Shown here piece after piece: positions 23,601 to 36,587 of a DNA stretch of 64,000 bases. Within the stretch, counting starts at the first letter, position 1; every line of letters begins with the position of its first letter. The position numbers were made by a program, and so were the translations under genes. Under the pieces are notes generated by a model, which saw only the letters and a program-made list of their open reading frames with translations, was not told where the DNA came from and made no database searches. The stretch comes from Mobula hypostoma (taxonomy: Eukaryota): positions 113,462,001-113,526,000 of the forward strand of contig NC_086107.1 in the NCBI RefSeq assembly GCF_963921235.1, given 5' to 3'.

Positions 23601-26600
23601 CCAGTGGGTACAGGTAGAGTGGATGTGGAGAGGACGTTTCCTCTAGTGGGGGAGTCTAGGACCAGAGGACACAGATAGAGTGGATGTGGAGAGGATGTTT
23701 CCTGTAGTGGGGGAGTCTAGGAGCAGTGGGCACAGATAGAGTGGATGTGGAGAGGATGTTTCCTATAGTGGGGGGAGTCTAGGACCAGAGGACACAGATA
23801 GAGTGGATGTGGAGAGGATGTTTCCTGTAGTTGGGGAGTCTAGGACCGGAGGGCACAGATAGAGTGGATGCGGAGAGGATGTTTCCCATTGTGGGGGGAT
23901 TCTAGGACCAGAGGGTACCGATAGAGTGGATGTGGAGAGGATGTTTCCTATACAGGGGAGTCTAGGACCAGAGGACACAGATAGAGTGGATGTGGAGAGG
24001 ATGTTTCCTATAGTGGGGTAGTCTAGGACCAGAAGGTACCGATAGAGTGGATGTGGAGAGGATGTTTCCTATAATGGGGAGTCTAGGACCAGAGGACACA
24101 GATAGAGTGGATGTAGAGAGGATGTTTCCTATAGTGGGGGGAGTCTAGGACCAGAGGGTACAGATAGAGTGGATGTGGAGAGGATGTTTCCTATAGTGGG
24201 GGACTCTAGGACCAGAGGGCACAGATAGAGTGGGTTTGGAGAGGATGTTTCCTATAGTGGGGTAGTCTAGGACCAGAAGGTACCGATAGAGTGGATGTGG
24301 AGAGGATGTTTCCTATAATGGGGAGTCTAGGACCAGAGGACACAGATAGAGTGGATGTAGAGAGGATGTTTCCTATAGTGGGGGGAGTCTAGGACCAGAG
24401 GGTACAGATAGAGTGGATGTGGAGAGGATGTTTCCTATAGTGGGGGACTCTAGGACCAGAGGGCACAGATAGAGTGGGTTTGGAGAGGATGTTTCCTATA
24501 GTGGGTGTGTCTAGGACCAGAGGGCACAGATAGAGTGGATGTGGAGAGGATGTTTCCTGTAGTTGGGGAGTCTAGGACCGGAGGGCACAGATAGAGTGGA
24601 TGTGGAGAGGATGTTTCCCATTGTGGGGGGATTCTAGGACCAGAGGGTACCGATAGAGTGGATGTGGAGAGGATGTTTCCTATACAGGGGAGTCTAGGAC
24701 CAGAGGACACAGATAGAGTGGATGTGGAGAGGATGTTTCCTATAGTGGGGGAGTCTAGGACCAGAAGGTACCAATAGAGTGGATGTGGAGAGGATGTTTC
24801 CTATAATGGGGAGTCTAGGACCAGAGGACACAGATAGAGTGGATGTAGAGAGGATGTTTCCTATAGTGGGGGGAGTCTAGGACCAGAGGGTACAGATAGA
24901 GTGGATGTGGAGAGGATGTTTCCTCTGGTGGGGGAGTCTAGGACCAGAGGACACAGATATGAGTGGATGTGGAGAGGATGTTTCCTATACTGGGGGGAGT
25001 CTAGGACCAGAGGACACAGATAGAGTGGATGTGGAGAGGATGTTTCCTGTAGTGGGGGAGTCTAGGACCAGTGGGCACAGGTAGAGTGGATGTGGAGAGG
25101 ATGTTTCCTATAGTGGGGGAGTCTAGGACCAGAGGACACAGATAGAGTGGATGTGGAGAGGATGTTTCCTGTAGTGGGGGAGTCTGGGACCAGTGGGCAA
25201 AGATAGAGTGGATGTGGAGAGGATGTTTCCTATAGTAGGGGAGTCCAGGACCAGAGGACACAGATAGAGTGGATGTGGAGAGGATGTTTCCTATAGTGGG
25301 GGAGTCTAGGACCAGAGGGCACAGATAGAGTGGGTGTGGAGAGGATGTTTCCTGTAGTGGGGGTGTCTAGGACCAGAGGGCACAGATAGAGTGGATGTGG
25401 AGAGGATGTTTCCTGTAGTGGGGGGAGTCTAGGACCGGAGGGCACAGATAGAGTGGATGCGGAGCGGATGTTTCCCATAGTGGGGGGATTCTAGGATCAG
25501 AGGGTACCGATAGAGTGGATGTGGAGAGGATGTTTCCTATACAGGGGAGTCTAGGACCAGAGGACACAGATAGAGTGGATGTGGAGAGGATGTTTCCTAT
25601 ACTGGGGGAGTCTAGGACCAGAAGGTACCGATAGAGTGGATGTGGAGAGGATGTTTCCTATAATGGGGAGTCTAGGACCAGAGGACACAGATAGAGTGGA
25701 TGTAGAGAGGATGTTTCCTATAGTGGGGGGAGTCTAGGACCAGAGGGTACAGATAGAGTGGATGTGGAGAGGATGTTTCCTCTGGTGGGGGAGTCTAGGA
25801 CCAGAGGACACAGATATGAGTGGATGTGGAGAGGATGTTTCCTATAGTGGGGGGAGTCTAGGACCAGAGGACACAGATAGAGTGGATGTGGAGAGGATGT
25901 TTCCTGTAGTGGGGGAGTCTAGGACCAGAGGGCACAGGTAGAGTGGATGTGGAGAGGATGTTTCCTATAGTGGGGGAGTCTAGGACCAGAGGACACAGAT
26001 AGAGTGGATGTAGAGAGGATGTTTCCTATAGTGGGGGGAGTCTAGGACCAGAGGGTACAGATAGAGTGGAAGTGGAGAGGATGTTTCCTCTGGTGGGGGA
26101 GTCTAGGACCAGAGAACACAGATATGAGTGGATGTGGAGAGGATGTTTCCTATAGTGGGGGGAGTCTTGGACCAGAGGACATAGATAGAGTGGATGTGGA
26201 GAGGATGTTTCCTGTAGTGGGGGAGTCTAGGACCAGTGGGCACAGGTAGAGGGGATGTGGAGAGGATATTTCCTATAGTGGGGGAGTCTAGGACCAGAGG
26301 ACACAGATAGAGTGGATGTGGAGAGGATGTTTCCTGTAGTTGGGGAGTCTAGGACCGGAGGGCACAGATAGAGTGGATGCGGAGAGGATGTTTCCCATAG
26401 TGGGGGGATTCTAGGACCAGAGGGTACCGATAGAGTGGATGTGGAGAGGATGTTTCCTATAGTGGGGATGTCTAGGACCAGAGGGCACAGATAGAGTGGA
26501 GGTGGAGAGGATGTTTCCTATAGTGGGGGGAGTCTAGGACCAGAGGGTACAGATAGAGTGGATGTGGAGAGGATGTTTCCTCTGGTGGCGGAGTCTAGGA

Positions 26601-28747
26601 CCAGAGGACACAGATATGAGTGGATGTGGAGAGGATGTTTCCTATAGTGGGGGGAGTCTAGGCCCAGAGGACACAGATAGAGTGGATGTGGAGAGGATGT
26701 TTCCTGTAGTGGGGGAGTCTAGAACCAGTGGGCACAGGTAGAGTGGATGTGGAGAGGATGTTTTCTATAGTGGGGGAGTCTAGGACCAGAGGACACAGAT
26801 AGAGTGGATATGGAGAGGATGTTTCCTGTCGTGGGGGAGTCTAGGACCAGAGGGGACAGATAGAGTGGGTGTGGAGAGGACGTTTCCTATAGTGGGGGAG
26901 TCTAGGACCAGAGGACACAGATAGAGTGGATGTGGAGAGGATGTTTCCTGTAGTAGGGGATTCTAGGACCAGTGGGCACAGATAGAGTGGATGTGGAGAG
27001 GATGTTTCCTATAGTGGGGGAGTCTAGGCCAGAAGGTACCGATAGAGTGGATGTGGAGAGGTTGTTTCCTATAATGGGGAGTCTAGGACCAGAGGACACA
27101 GATAGAGTGGATGTAGAGAGGATGTTTCCTATAGTGGGGGGAGTCTAGGACCAGAGGACACAGATAGAGTTGATGTGGAGAGGATGTTTCCTGTAGTGGG
27201 GAGTCTAGGACCAGTGGGTACAGGTAGAGTGGATGTGGAGAGGACGTTTCCTCTAGTGGGGGAGTCTTGGACCAGAGGACACAGATAGAGTGGATGTGGA
27301 GAGGATGTTTCCTGTAGTGGGGGAGTCTAGGAGCAGTGGGCACAGATAGAGTGGATGTGGAGAGGATGTTTCCTATAGTGGGGGGAGTCTAGGACCAGAG
27401 GACACAGATAGAGTGGATGTGGAGAGGATGTTTCCTATAGTGGGAGTGTCTAGGACCAGAGGACACAGATAGAGTGGATGTGGAGAGGATGTTTCCTATA
27501 GTGGGGGTGTCTAGGACCAGAGGGCACAGATAGAGTGGATGTGGAGAGGATGTTTCCGATAGAGGGGAGTTTAGGACCAGAGGACACAGATAGAGTGGAT
27601 GTGGAGAGGATGTTTCCTGTAGTTGGGGAGTCTAGGACCGGAGGGCACAGATAGAGTGGATGCGGAGAGGATGTTTCCTGTCGTGGGGGAGTCTAGGACC
27701 AGAGGGGACAGATAGAGTGGGTGTGGAGAGGACGTTTCCTATAGTGGGGGAGTCTAGGACCAGAGGACACAGATAGAGTGGATGTGGAGAGGATGTTTCC
27801 TGTAGTAGGGGATTCTAGGACCAGTGGGCACAGATAGAGTGGATGTGGAGAGGATGTTTCCTATAGTGGGGGAGTCTAGGCCAGAAGGTACCGATAGAGT
27901 GGATGTGGAGAGGTTGTTTCCTATAATGGGGAGTCTAGGACCAGAGGACACAGATAGAGTGGATGTAGAGAGGATGTTTCCTATAGTGGGGGGAGTCTAG
28001 GACCAGAGGACACAGATAGAGTTGATGTGGAGAGGATGTTTCCTGTAGTGGGGAGTCTAGGACCAGTGGGTACAGGTAGAGTGGATGTGGAGAGGACGTT
28101 TCCTCTAGTGGGGGAGTCTTGGACCAGAGGACACAGATAGAGTGGATGTGGAGAGGATGTTTCCTGTAGTGGGGGAGTCTAGGAGCAGTGGGCACAGATA
28201 GAGTGGATGTGGAGAGGATGTTTCCTATAGTGGGGGGAGTCTAGGACCAGAGGACACAGATAGACTGGATGTGGAGAGGATATTTCCTGTAGTGGGGGAG
28301 TCTAGGACCAGTAGGCACAGATGGAGTGGATGTGGAGATCATGTTTCCTATTGTGGGTGAGTCTAGGACCAGAGCACACAGATAGAGTGGATGTGGAGAT
28401 CATGTTTCCTATAGTGGGGGAGTCTAGGACCAGAGGACACAGATAGAGTGGATGTGGAGAGGATGTTTCCTATAGTGGGGGGAGTCTAGGACCAGAGGAC
28501 ACAGATAGAGTGGATGTAGAGAGGATGTTTCCTGTAGTGGGGGAGTCTAGGACCAGTGGGCACAGGTAGAGTGGATGTGGAGAGAATGTTTCCTATAGTG
28601 GGGGAGTCAAGGACCAGAGGACACAGATAGAGTGGATGTGGAGAGGATGTTTCCTGTAGTGGAGGAGTCTAGGACCAGAGGACCCAGATAGAGTGGATGT
28701 GGAGAGGAAGTTTCCTATAATGGGGTAGTCTAGGACCAGCGGGCACA
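20677..28747 (+). repeat. ~8.1 kb array of a 61-bp (60-62) unit, ~130 copies, derived from CR1 ORF2
   Basis: Unit GATAGAGTGGATGTGGAGAGGATGTTTCCTATAGTGGGGGAGTCTAGGACCAGAGGACACA encodes DRVDVERMFPIVGESRTRGH. Both flanks (20558-20676; 28748-29015) continue the CR1 sequence. Confidence 0.97.
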
Positions 28748-29145
28748 GCCTCAAAATACAAAGATGCCCCTTTAGAACAGAGATGAGGAAGGATTTCTTT
28801 AGCTGGACGGCTGTGGAGGCCAAGTCATTTGGATATATTTAAAACAGAGGTTGATAGGTTCCTAGTTAGTCAGGGTGTCAAAGGTTACGAGGAGAAGACA
28901 GAAGAATGGGGTTGAGAGGGATAATAAATCAGCCATGATGGAATGGTAGAAATGACAAAGCAGACTCGATGGGCTGAATGGCCTAATTTGGTTGCTATGT
29001 ATTATAGTCTTATATTTCTTATTGTAACCTATAGTCATTTTTAAATACATTGTGCTGTACTGTTGCCACAAAGCAAGTTTCACACCATACGTCAGTGATA
29101 ATGAACCCGATTCTGATGCTGCTCAACTGGCTGCCTTCCACTTAC

Positions 29146-29315
29146 TATTATACTTAGGAACGAAGGCGTGAATCTTCGCAGCTTCGATCTTCGATCCGTC
29201 CCTGTTGCACAGCAGTGTGATGTTGAATTTCTGAGCCGCAGCGAAGTACTTAAAGGTAATCGTGCAGCTCTTCTCCTGCGCATTTTCCGGGCTGCAGTTT
29301 TTCGGGAAACCTTTC
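29146..29315 (-). CDS. il2rb: IL2RB-like exon, D1 second half: (E)KGFPKNCSPENAQEKSCTITFKYFAAAQKFNITLLCNRDGSKIEAAKIHAFVPKYN
   Basis: Acceptor ctttctgtgtcttaaag|G, donor A|gtaagt, 170 nt (phase 2 to 1), open frame not shown in the ORF track. Three Cys and an F-x-P-x-x-N ending, as in IL2RB (FKPFEN). Confidence 0.9.
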
Positions 29316-29394
29316 CTTTAAGACACAGAAAGCAGAACAGCATGAGAATCAGGAGCTAAAAGAGCCCTCTTGACATGAGTCATGCCTTTAGATT

Positions 29395-30435
29395 ATCATA
29401 AGATCATATGACATTGGAGTGGAATTAGGCCAATGACCTGGCCTCCACAACCATCTGTGGCAATGAATTCCACAGATTCACCACTCTCTGGCTAAATACA
29501 TTTCTCCTAATTTCTATTCTAAAAGGACATTCCCCTATTGAGAGGCTGTGTACTCTAGCCCAAGGCTTCCCCACTATAGGAAACATCCTCTCTACATCCA
29601 TTCTATCTAGGCCTTTCAATATTCAATAGGACTCAGTGAGATGCCCCCCTCATTCTTCTAAACTCCAGCAAGTACAGGCCCAGAGCCATCATATACTCCT
29701 AATATGTCAACCCTTATAAACCATATAATGATATAAACCATATAACAATTACGGCACAGAAACAGGCCATGTCGGCCCTTCTAGTCTGTGCCGAACTCCT
29801 ACTCTCACCTAGTCCCACTGACCTGCACTCAGCCCATAACCCTCCATTCCCTTCCTGTCCATATATCTATCCAATTTAACTTTAAACGACAACATCGAAC
29901 CTGCCTCAACCACTTCTGCTGGAAGCTCGTTCCACACAGCCACCACTCTCACAGTAAAGAAGTTCCCCCTCATGTTATCCCTAAACATAGAACATAGAAC
30001 ATAGAATAGTACAGCACAGTACAGGCCCTTCAGCCCACAATGTTGTGCCAACCCTCAAACCTAAACTTTTGCCCTTTAACTCTCAACTCATGTCCTCTTG
30101 TTTGAATCTCCCCCACTCTCAATGGAAAAAGCCTATCTACGTCAACTCTATATATCCCCCTCATAATTTTAAACACCTCTATCAAGTCCCCCCTCAACCT
30201 TCTACGCTCCAAAGAATAAAGACCTAACTTGTTCAACCTTTCTCTGTAACTTAGGAGATGAAACCCAGGCAACATTTTAGTAAACCTCCTCTGTACTCTC
30301 TCAATTTCATTGACATCTTTCCTATAATTCGGAAACCCTGTCACTCCCAGAATCATTCTCATGAACCTCCTCTGGACCCTGTCCAATGCAAGCTCATTTT
30401 TTTCTTAGGTAAGGGGCCTAAAACGGCTACAATTT
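29395..30435 (-). mobile_element. Nested CR1 fragments (older copy > younger copy 29715-30330 > tiny 3' end 29988-30059)
   Basis: ORF2 C-terminal translations (ERVQRRFTKMLPG..LGLYSLERRRLRGDLIEVFKI), distinct tails (ATATAACC, ATAGAAC), and CCTAAAC duplicated around the innermost insert. Confidence 0.8.
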
Positions 30436-31124
30436 TATAGGTGTAGAAATTTGTGAGTGTCTTTGGTGGCAGACTAATTCTCCTCAAACTCATATTGAAG
30501 TTGACACTTTGGGCCAAGACCCTTCATTCCCCTCCACAGACGCTGCCTGACTTGCTGAGTTCCTCCAGCACTTTGTGTGTGTGTGTTGCTCTAGATTTCC
30601 AAGCATCTGCAGCATCTCTTGTGCTTGGTGTAAACAGGAATGCTCTTCCCTCCTCCATCTGCCTATCACCCCTCGTCTTTGGCTTGTGGGAGGAAACCAG
30701 AGCACGCACACAGTCACAGGGAGGACGTACAAACTCTTTATAGATAGCAGAGGGAATTGAACCCCGATCTCATGGTTGGCACTGTATCGCCGTTAGGCTA
30801 ACTGCTTCACTGCCAGTTGGTAAACGCCTTGAGAAGGTGGCGGTGATCAGCCTTTTTGAACGGCAGCAGTCCTGCTGTGGGAGGTGCCCCCCGCGGTGCT
30901 GGGGATGCCGTTCCAGGAGACAGACCCAGTGATAGTGCAGGGTGAGGAGAAATCTAGTGGGGTTTCTCCTGTTACTGAATTAGTAATCAGGAGGCATGGG
31001 TTAAATGATCAAGGCAACAGGTCTGAGCATCTCTTAACACGACTACTTAATTCTTAGATTAGACTGTTTAATTATTATTTCCTTTGCAGTTTAACAATTA
31101 ATTATATTTGTATTTTAAATAGTT

Positions 31125-31770
31125 CTTGTACGTAGTTAGGGTAGTTAAGAAAGTTTATGGGGTGTTAGCTTTCATAAGTCGAGGGATAGAGTTTAAGAGT
31201 CGCAATGTAATGATGCAGCTCTATAAAACTCTGGTTAGGCCACACTTGGAGTACTGTGTCCAGTTCTGGTCACCTCACTATAGGAAGGATGTGGAAGCAT
31301 TGGAAAAGGTACAGAGAAAATTTACCAGGATGCTGCCTGGTTTAGAAAGTATGCATTATGATCAGAGATTAAGGGAGCTAGGGCTTTACTCTTTGGAGAG
31401 AAGGAGGATGAGAGGAGACATGATAGAGGTGTACAAGATAATAAGAGGAATAGATAGAGTGGATAGCCGGCACCTCTTCCCCAGGGCACCACTGCTCAAT
31501 ACAAGAGGACATGGCTTTAAGGGGTGGGAAGTTCAAGGGGGATATTAGAGGAAGATTTTTTACTCAGGGAGTGGTTGGTGCGTGGGATGCACTGCCAGAG
31601 TCAGTGGTGGAGGCAGATACACTAGTGAAGTTTTAGAGACTACTAGACAGGTATATGGAGGGATTTAAGGTGGGGGCTTATATGGGAGGCAGGGTTTGAG
31701 GGTTGTCACAACATTGTGGGCCAAAGGGCCTGTACTGTGCTGTACTATTCTATGTTCTATGTTCTATGTG
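31125..31770 (+). mobile_element. CR1 LINE 3' fragment, fairly young
   Basis: ORF 31126-31548 LYKTLVRPHLEYCVQFWSPHYRKDVEALEKVQRKFTRMLPGLE, with a (TTCTATG)n tail. Confidence 0.92.
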
Positions 31771-31793
31771 TAACAGTTTAATATGCCTCTAGT

Positions 31794-31872
31794 ACAGGGC
31801 TCCCACTTTTTTTATGCCATGGAGCCTTACCATTAACCGAGGGGCCTGAGTACCCCAGGTTGGGAACCCCTG
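31794..31872. mobile_element. Short hAT-like MITE
   Basis: CAGGGCTCCCAC...GTTGGGAACCCCTG inverted ends. Related copies at 781-843, ~39975-40023 and 58518-58935. Confidence 0.6.
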
Positions 31873-32674
31873 TTCTAAAGGCTATACAAAGTATAATACT
31901 GGAAATCTCTACAAGTTTCTTTGATGGATTATTTAAATAAGTGCTTTCTCATTGGTTAACTTTCACTGCAGTATTGAATAAGTGCTTTCTTATTGGTTAG
32001 TTCTTATCTATAGATTTGAATGGAATTTTTCCTTAACTCGGCGGTATAAAAGTAACTGTTTTATGCTAGGCACTATCTTTAGTTTCTCTCTCTTCTCCAT
32101 ACCATGTTCTCGATATTTATTGCTTCCTTACTGATTTCTTTCTCTTTTGTATTTACACATTTGTTGTCATTTGCACATTGGTTGTTTGTCCGTCTTGTTG
32201 GGTGTGGTCTTTCATTGATTCTGTTATGATTCTTAGATTTACAGAGAATGCCCACAAGAAAACGAATCTCAGGGTTGTATATGGTGACGTGTATGTACTT
32301 TGATAATAAACTTACTTTGAACGCTGAACTAGTAGACTCCTATTATTTTCCTCTGTTCCATCAACTCTTAATAAAATAATCGTGAAGCAACAGCTTTTGT
32401 GCCTCGTTTCTGATTTATAAAAGAACCTTGGATGTAGGCACCAGAATCTAACAACACCCAGTTTAAATTGTGAATGAACTATTAGATTGAAAAGCCGACG
32501 TTAGCACGAGTCTTGCAATTTGAATGGATTGGGAATTAGTTTATCAGTGTCAAGTGTATTGAGATAATGTGAAAAGCTTTACACACAGATGAGATTAGAT
32601 TAGATTATGAGGACATGCAGTCCTCTTTTATTGTCATTTAGTAATGCATGCATTAAGAAATGATACAATGTTTT

Positions 32675-33030
32675 GAGATCATAAGACAAAGGAGCAGAAG
32701 TCGGCCATTCGGCCCATCGAGTCTGCTCCGCCATTTTATCATGAGCTGATCCATTCTCCCATTTAGTCCCACTCCCCCGCCTTCTCACCATAACCTTTGA
32801 TGCCCTGGCTACTCAGATACCTATCAATCTCTGCCTTAAATACACCCAATAACTTGGCCTCCACTGCTGCACGTGGCAACAAATTCCATAGATCACCACC
32901 CTCTGGCTAAAAAAATTTCTTCACATTTCTGTTCTGAATGGGCGCCCTTCAATCCTCAAGTCATGCCCTCTCGTACTAGACTCCCCCATCACGGGAAACA
33001 ACTTTGCCACATCCACTCTGTCCATGCCTG
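32675..33030 (-). mobile_element. CR1 LINE 3' fragment
   Basis: GMDRVDVAKLFPVMGESSTRGHDLRIEGRPFRTEM plus 3' UTR. Confidence 0.85.
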
Positions 33031-34632
33031 TACGATGGATTGAGGTAGCGCAAGAAAGACAACAACAGAATATAGAATAAAGTGTAACAATTACAGAGAA
33101 AGTGCAGAACAAGTAAGCAATAAGGTGCAAGATAAGATGACATACTTTATTTATCCTGAAGGAAATTATTGTTGCAAGGTTGCTCAGTCAGAAATCTATA
33201 CTTTAAAATACAAAATATAAGCATTGATCATAAGATCAAAACGAGGTAGATTGTGAAAGGTTTAGAGTCCAATTTATCCTCCTAGGGATTGATTTAATAG
33301 TCTTGCAACAGTAGAAGCTACCCTTGCGCCTGGTGGGATGTGCATTCAGACTTTTTTATCTTCTGCCTGAAGGGAGAGGGTAGAAGAGAGAATGCCTGGG
33401 GTGGATTTGTTCATTTTTTCTTGTGTGCTGTGTCTTATGACGTGGACAATCATTGCTCTTTCCAAGACTATGGTTATTCTTGGCAGATTTTTCTACAGAA
33501 GTAGTTTGCCATTGCCTTCTTCTGGACGGTGCCTTTACAAGACAGAAGACCCCAGCCATTATCAATACTCTTTAGAGGGCCTGTTTGCCTGGTGTCAGTG
33601 GTCCCATAACCAGGATTTGTGATATGCACCAGCTGCTCCCATGGTTTCTTGTGACCCTGATCGGGGTGGGGGGCTACATCTTCCCAAAGGTGACCTGAAG
33701 GCTAGCGGGGAGAAGGGTCAGTAGCACAGCGGCAAAGCCTTGTCCTGTTATTTTACACTATGGTCTACTGAATGCACATGACCATTAGACACCCTGTTAC
33801 AGTAATCTCACTTTATTCTTTCCACCATTCCCCTCAGCTCAGCTTGGAATCTCCCATTCACCCACTCACTCAGATCAAAGTTCAAAGTTCAAAGTACATT
33901 TATTATCAAAGTATGTATAAATTATACAACCTTGACATTTGTTTGCTTACAGACAGCCACAGAACAAGAAGCACACTCAGTAGCAAATTAACCTACTATA
34001 AGACAACAGAGCAGAATTAGGCCATTCGGCCCATCCAATCTGCCCTGCCATTTCATCATGGCTCTCAATCCCATTCTCCTGCCTTCTCCCCATAACCTTT
34101 CTCGCCCTAAATAACCAAGAACCTATCTACCTTCGCTTTAAATATACCCAATGACTTGGCCTCCACAGCCGTCTGTGCCAATGAATTCCACAAATTCACC
34201 ACCCTCTGGCTAAAGAACTTCCTCCTCATCTCTGTCCTAAAGGGGATGTCCTTGTATTCTGTGTCCTCTGGTCCTAGACTCTCCCACTATTGGAAGCCGC
34301 CTCCAAATCCACCATAGGCCTTTCAATATTTGATAAGTTTCAATGAGATTCCCCCGCTCATCTTTCTGAGCACCTACAGACCTCAATACCCCTCATTTGT
34401 TAACACTTTTAGCCCCAGGATTATTCTTGTAAACCTCCTCTGGACACCCTCCAATACCAGCACAACCTTTCTTAGATATGGGGCCCGAATGCCTTGTGCT
34501 CCGGATTCCTCGCAAATGTTCAGCGGGTGTAGAGGAAATCTGTATGGCCATTGGGAGAAGCCTACCATTACCCACATCCCCTCAAAAGTGGTTTCAATTG
34601 GCCCGTGTGCCAATCCTATTGAACTTTCTCCA

Positions 34633-34835
34633 ACACGAGGAATTCTGCAGATGCTGGAAATTCAAGCAACACACATCAAAGTTGCTGGTGAACGCAGCAG
34701 GCCAGGCAGCATCTCTAGGAAGAGGTACAGTTGACGTACCTCTTCAGTCCTGACGAAGGGTCTCGGCCTGAAACGTTGACTGTACCTCTTCCTAGAGATG
34801 CTGCCTGGCCTGCTGCGTTCACCAGCAACTTTGAT
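34633..34835. mobile_element. Penelope-derived inverted-end insertion with hammerhead motif (34746-34781, + strand)
   Basis: 12-bp TSD GAACTTTCTCCA (34621-34632, 34836-34847) and inverted arms of ~65 nt. The hammerhead motif has a GTT cleavage triplet. Confidence 0.85.
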
Positions 34836-35007
34836 GAACTTTCTCCAGTTGGGAAGGGCTGAGGGCATCTCCTGAAGGTGTTAATGATGTCATAGGCCAG
34901 TCTCTGTACCCCAATGATAACTTCATGTCTCTCAGATATTTTCCACTGTATCTGCCTATTCCTCACACCCTGCAAGACAGATTCAATGTTGTCCTCCTGC
35001 CCCCCAC

Positions 35008-35009
35008 CC

Positions 35010-35042
<33 letters not shown>

Positions 35043-35247
35043 ACACACACAAACACACACACACACTCACACACACACACACTCACACACACACACAAAC
35101 ACACACACACTCACACACACACACACTCACACACACATACACACACACACATACACACACACACACACACACATACACACACACACACACTCACACACAC
35201 ACACACACATACACACACACACACAGACACATACACACACACACATA

Positions 35248-35291
<44 letters not shown>

Positions 35292-35314
35292 ACACACACA
35301 CACACTCACACACA
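35008..35314. repeat. Imperfect (CA)n microsatellite, ~300 bp
   Basis: Directly visible. Confidence 0.98.
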
Positions 35315-35769
35315 ATCTGGATACATTTAAAGCAGAATCAATGACTAAACCTGAGGTTGCCTGGGAAATGGTGGTGGGAGAGTGAAAGTTGGGTATAGCA
35401 GCTGACGCTGGTAGGAACAGGGGAGCAGACATTTACATTTACTGGCCAGTGAACAACACAAACAGTTCTGCGGATAGACTGACCAACGCTGTCGAATTTT
35501 TTTTTATAGCTGCATAGACCAATCATTGCTCTGAGCAGGAAATGTTTACATGGCCTGAAAACTGTGCGACATGAAAATCTTTCATGTTTTCACGGCCTGA
35601 AAATCTCTCACGCTTTGTAAACCTTTTCTTGTCTGTCTTTTTCCAAGCTGTGGGGCAACAAAGGCTATATGCGTGGGCACATTTCAGTTACAGAGAAACC
35701 ATGCACCCATGCAGTGTAGAGGGAACAGTGACTGGATCCGTAAGAACATCAGACATAGGATTAGAAATG

Positions 35770-36325
35770 GACCATTAAACCATCAGACCATCAGACCATC
35801 AGACCATCAGACCATCAGACCACCAGACAATCAGACCATTAGACCATTAAACCATCAGACCATCAGACCACCAGACCATCAGGCCATCAGACCATCAGAC
35901 CATCAGACCACCAGACCATCAGACCATCAGACCACCAGACCATTAAACCATCAGACCATAAGACCATTAGACCATTAAACCATCAGACCATCAGACCACC
36001 AGACCATCAGACCATCAGACCACCAGACCATAAAACCATTCAACCATCAGACCATAAGACCATAAGACTATTAGACCATCAGACCATCAGATCATTAGAC
36101 CATTAAACCATCAGACCATCAGACCACCAGACCATAAAACCATTCAACCATCAGACCATAAGACCATTAGCCATTAGACGATAAGATCGTAAGACCATAA
36201 GACATAAGACCATGAGACATAAATCCACAAGAACATTAGAGCATAAGACCATGGCATGTACATTAAACTGTAAGACTATAAGACCATTAGATCATAAAAC
36301 CATAAGACAATAAGACATAAGAGAA
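35770..36325. repeat. 8-bp (AGACCATC/AGACCATA) tandem array, expanded tail of a minus-strand CR1 3' end
   Basis: The array grades into ATAAGAC and then a CR1 3' UTR (36320-36430). Confidence 0.9.
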
Positions 36326-36466
36326 GAATTAGACCATTTGGGCCATCGACTCTGACCTACCATTCTGTCATGATTGATTTACTATCCTTTTCAGCCCCTT
36401 CTCCCTGAAATCCTTGATGCCCTGACTAGCCATGTGAGCTGCAACCATTTTACAAACCAGACATAC

Positions 36467-36587
36467 TCATTCTGCTTGAATTCATCCACTCGCACTTCAC
36501 ACCGAGAACTGCCTTGGGAAACATTCTGTGACCAGCAGCAGGTCATCAGGTTGTTGTAATCCACCAGGCACTGCAAATCTTTGTTTC
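36467..36587 (-). CDS. il2rb: IL2RB-like exon, D1 first half: NKDLQCLVDYNNLMTCCWSQNVSQGSSRCEVRVDEFKQN
   Basis: Acceptor ttcttttcatcag|GA, donor GA|gtatgt, 121 nt (phase 1 to 2). Has the C-x9-C-x-W class I cytokine receptor signature. Confidence 0.9.

Noticed and set aside
20677..28747. CRISPR-like array or repeat-protein gene
   Set aside because: The units are contiguous with no unique spacers, the context is vertebrate, there are no cas genes, and the 61-bp unit shifts frame with each copy.
34914..35344. His/Thr-rich and Cys/Val-rich ORFs
   Set aside because: These are translations of a (CA)n microsatellite.
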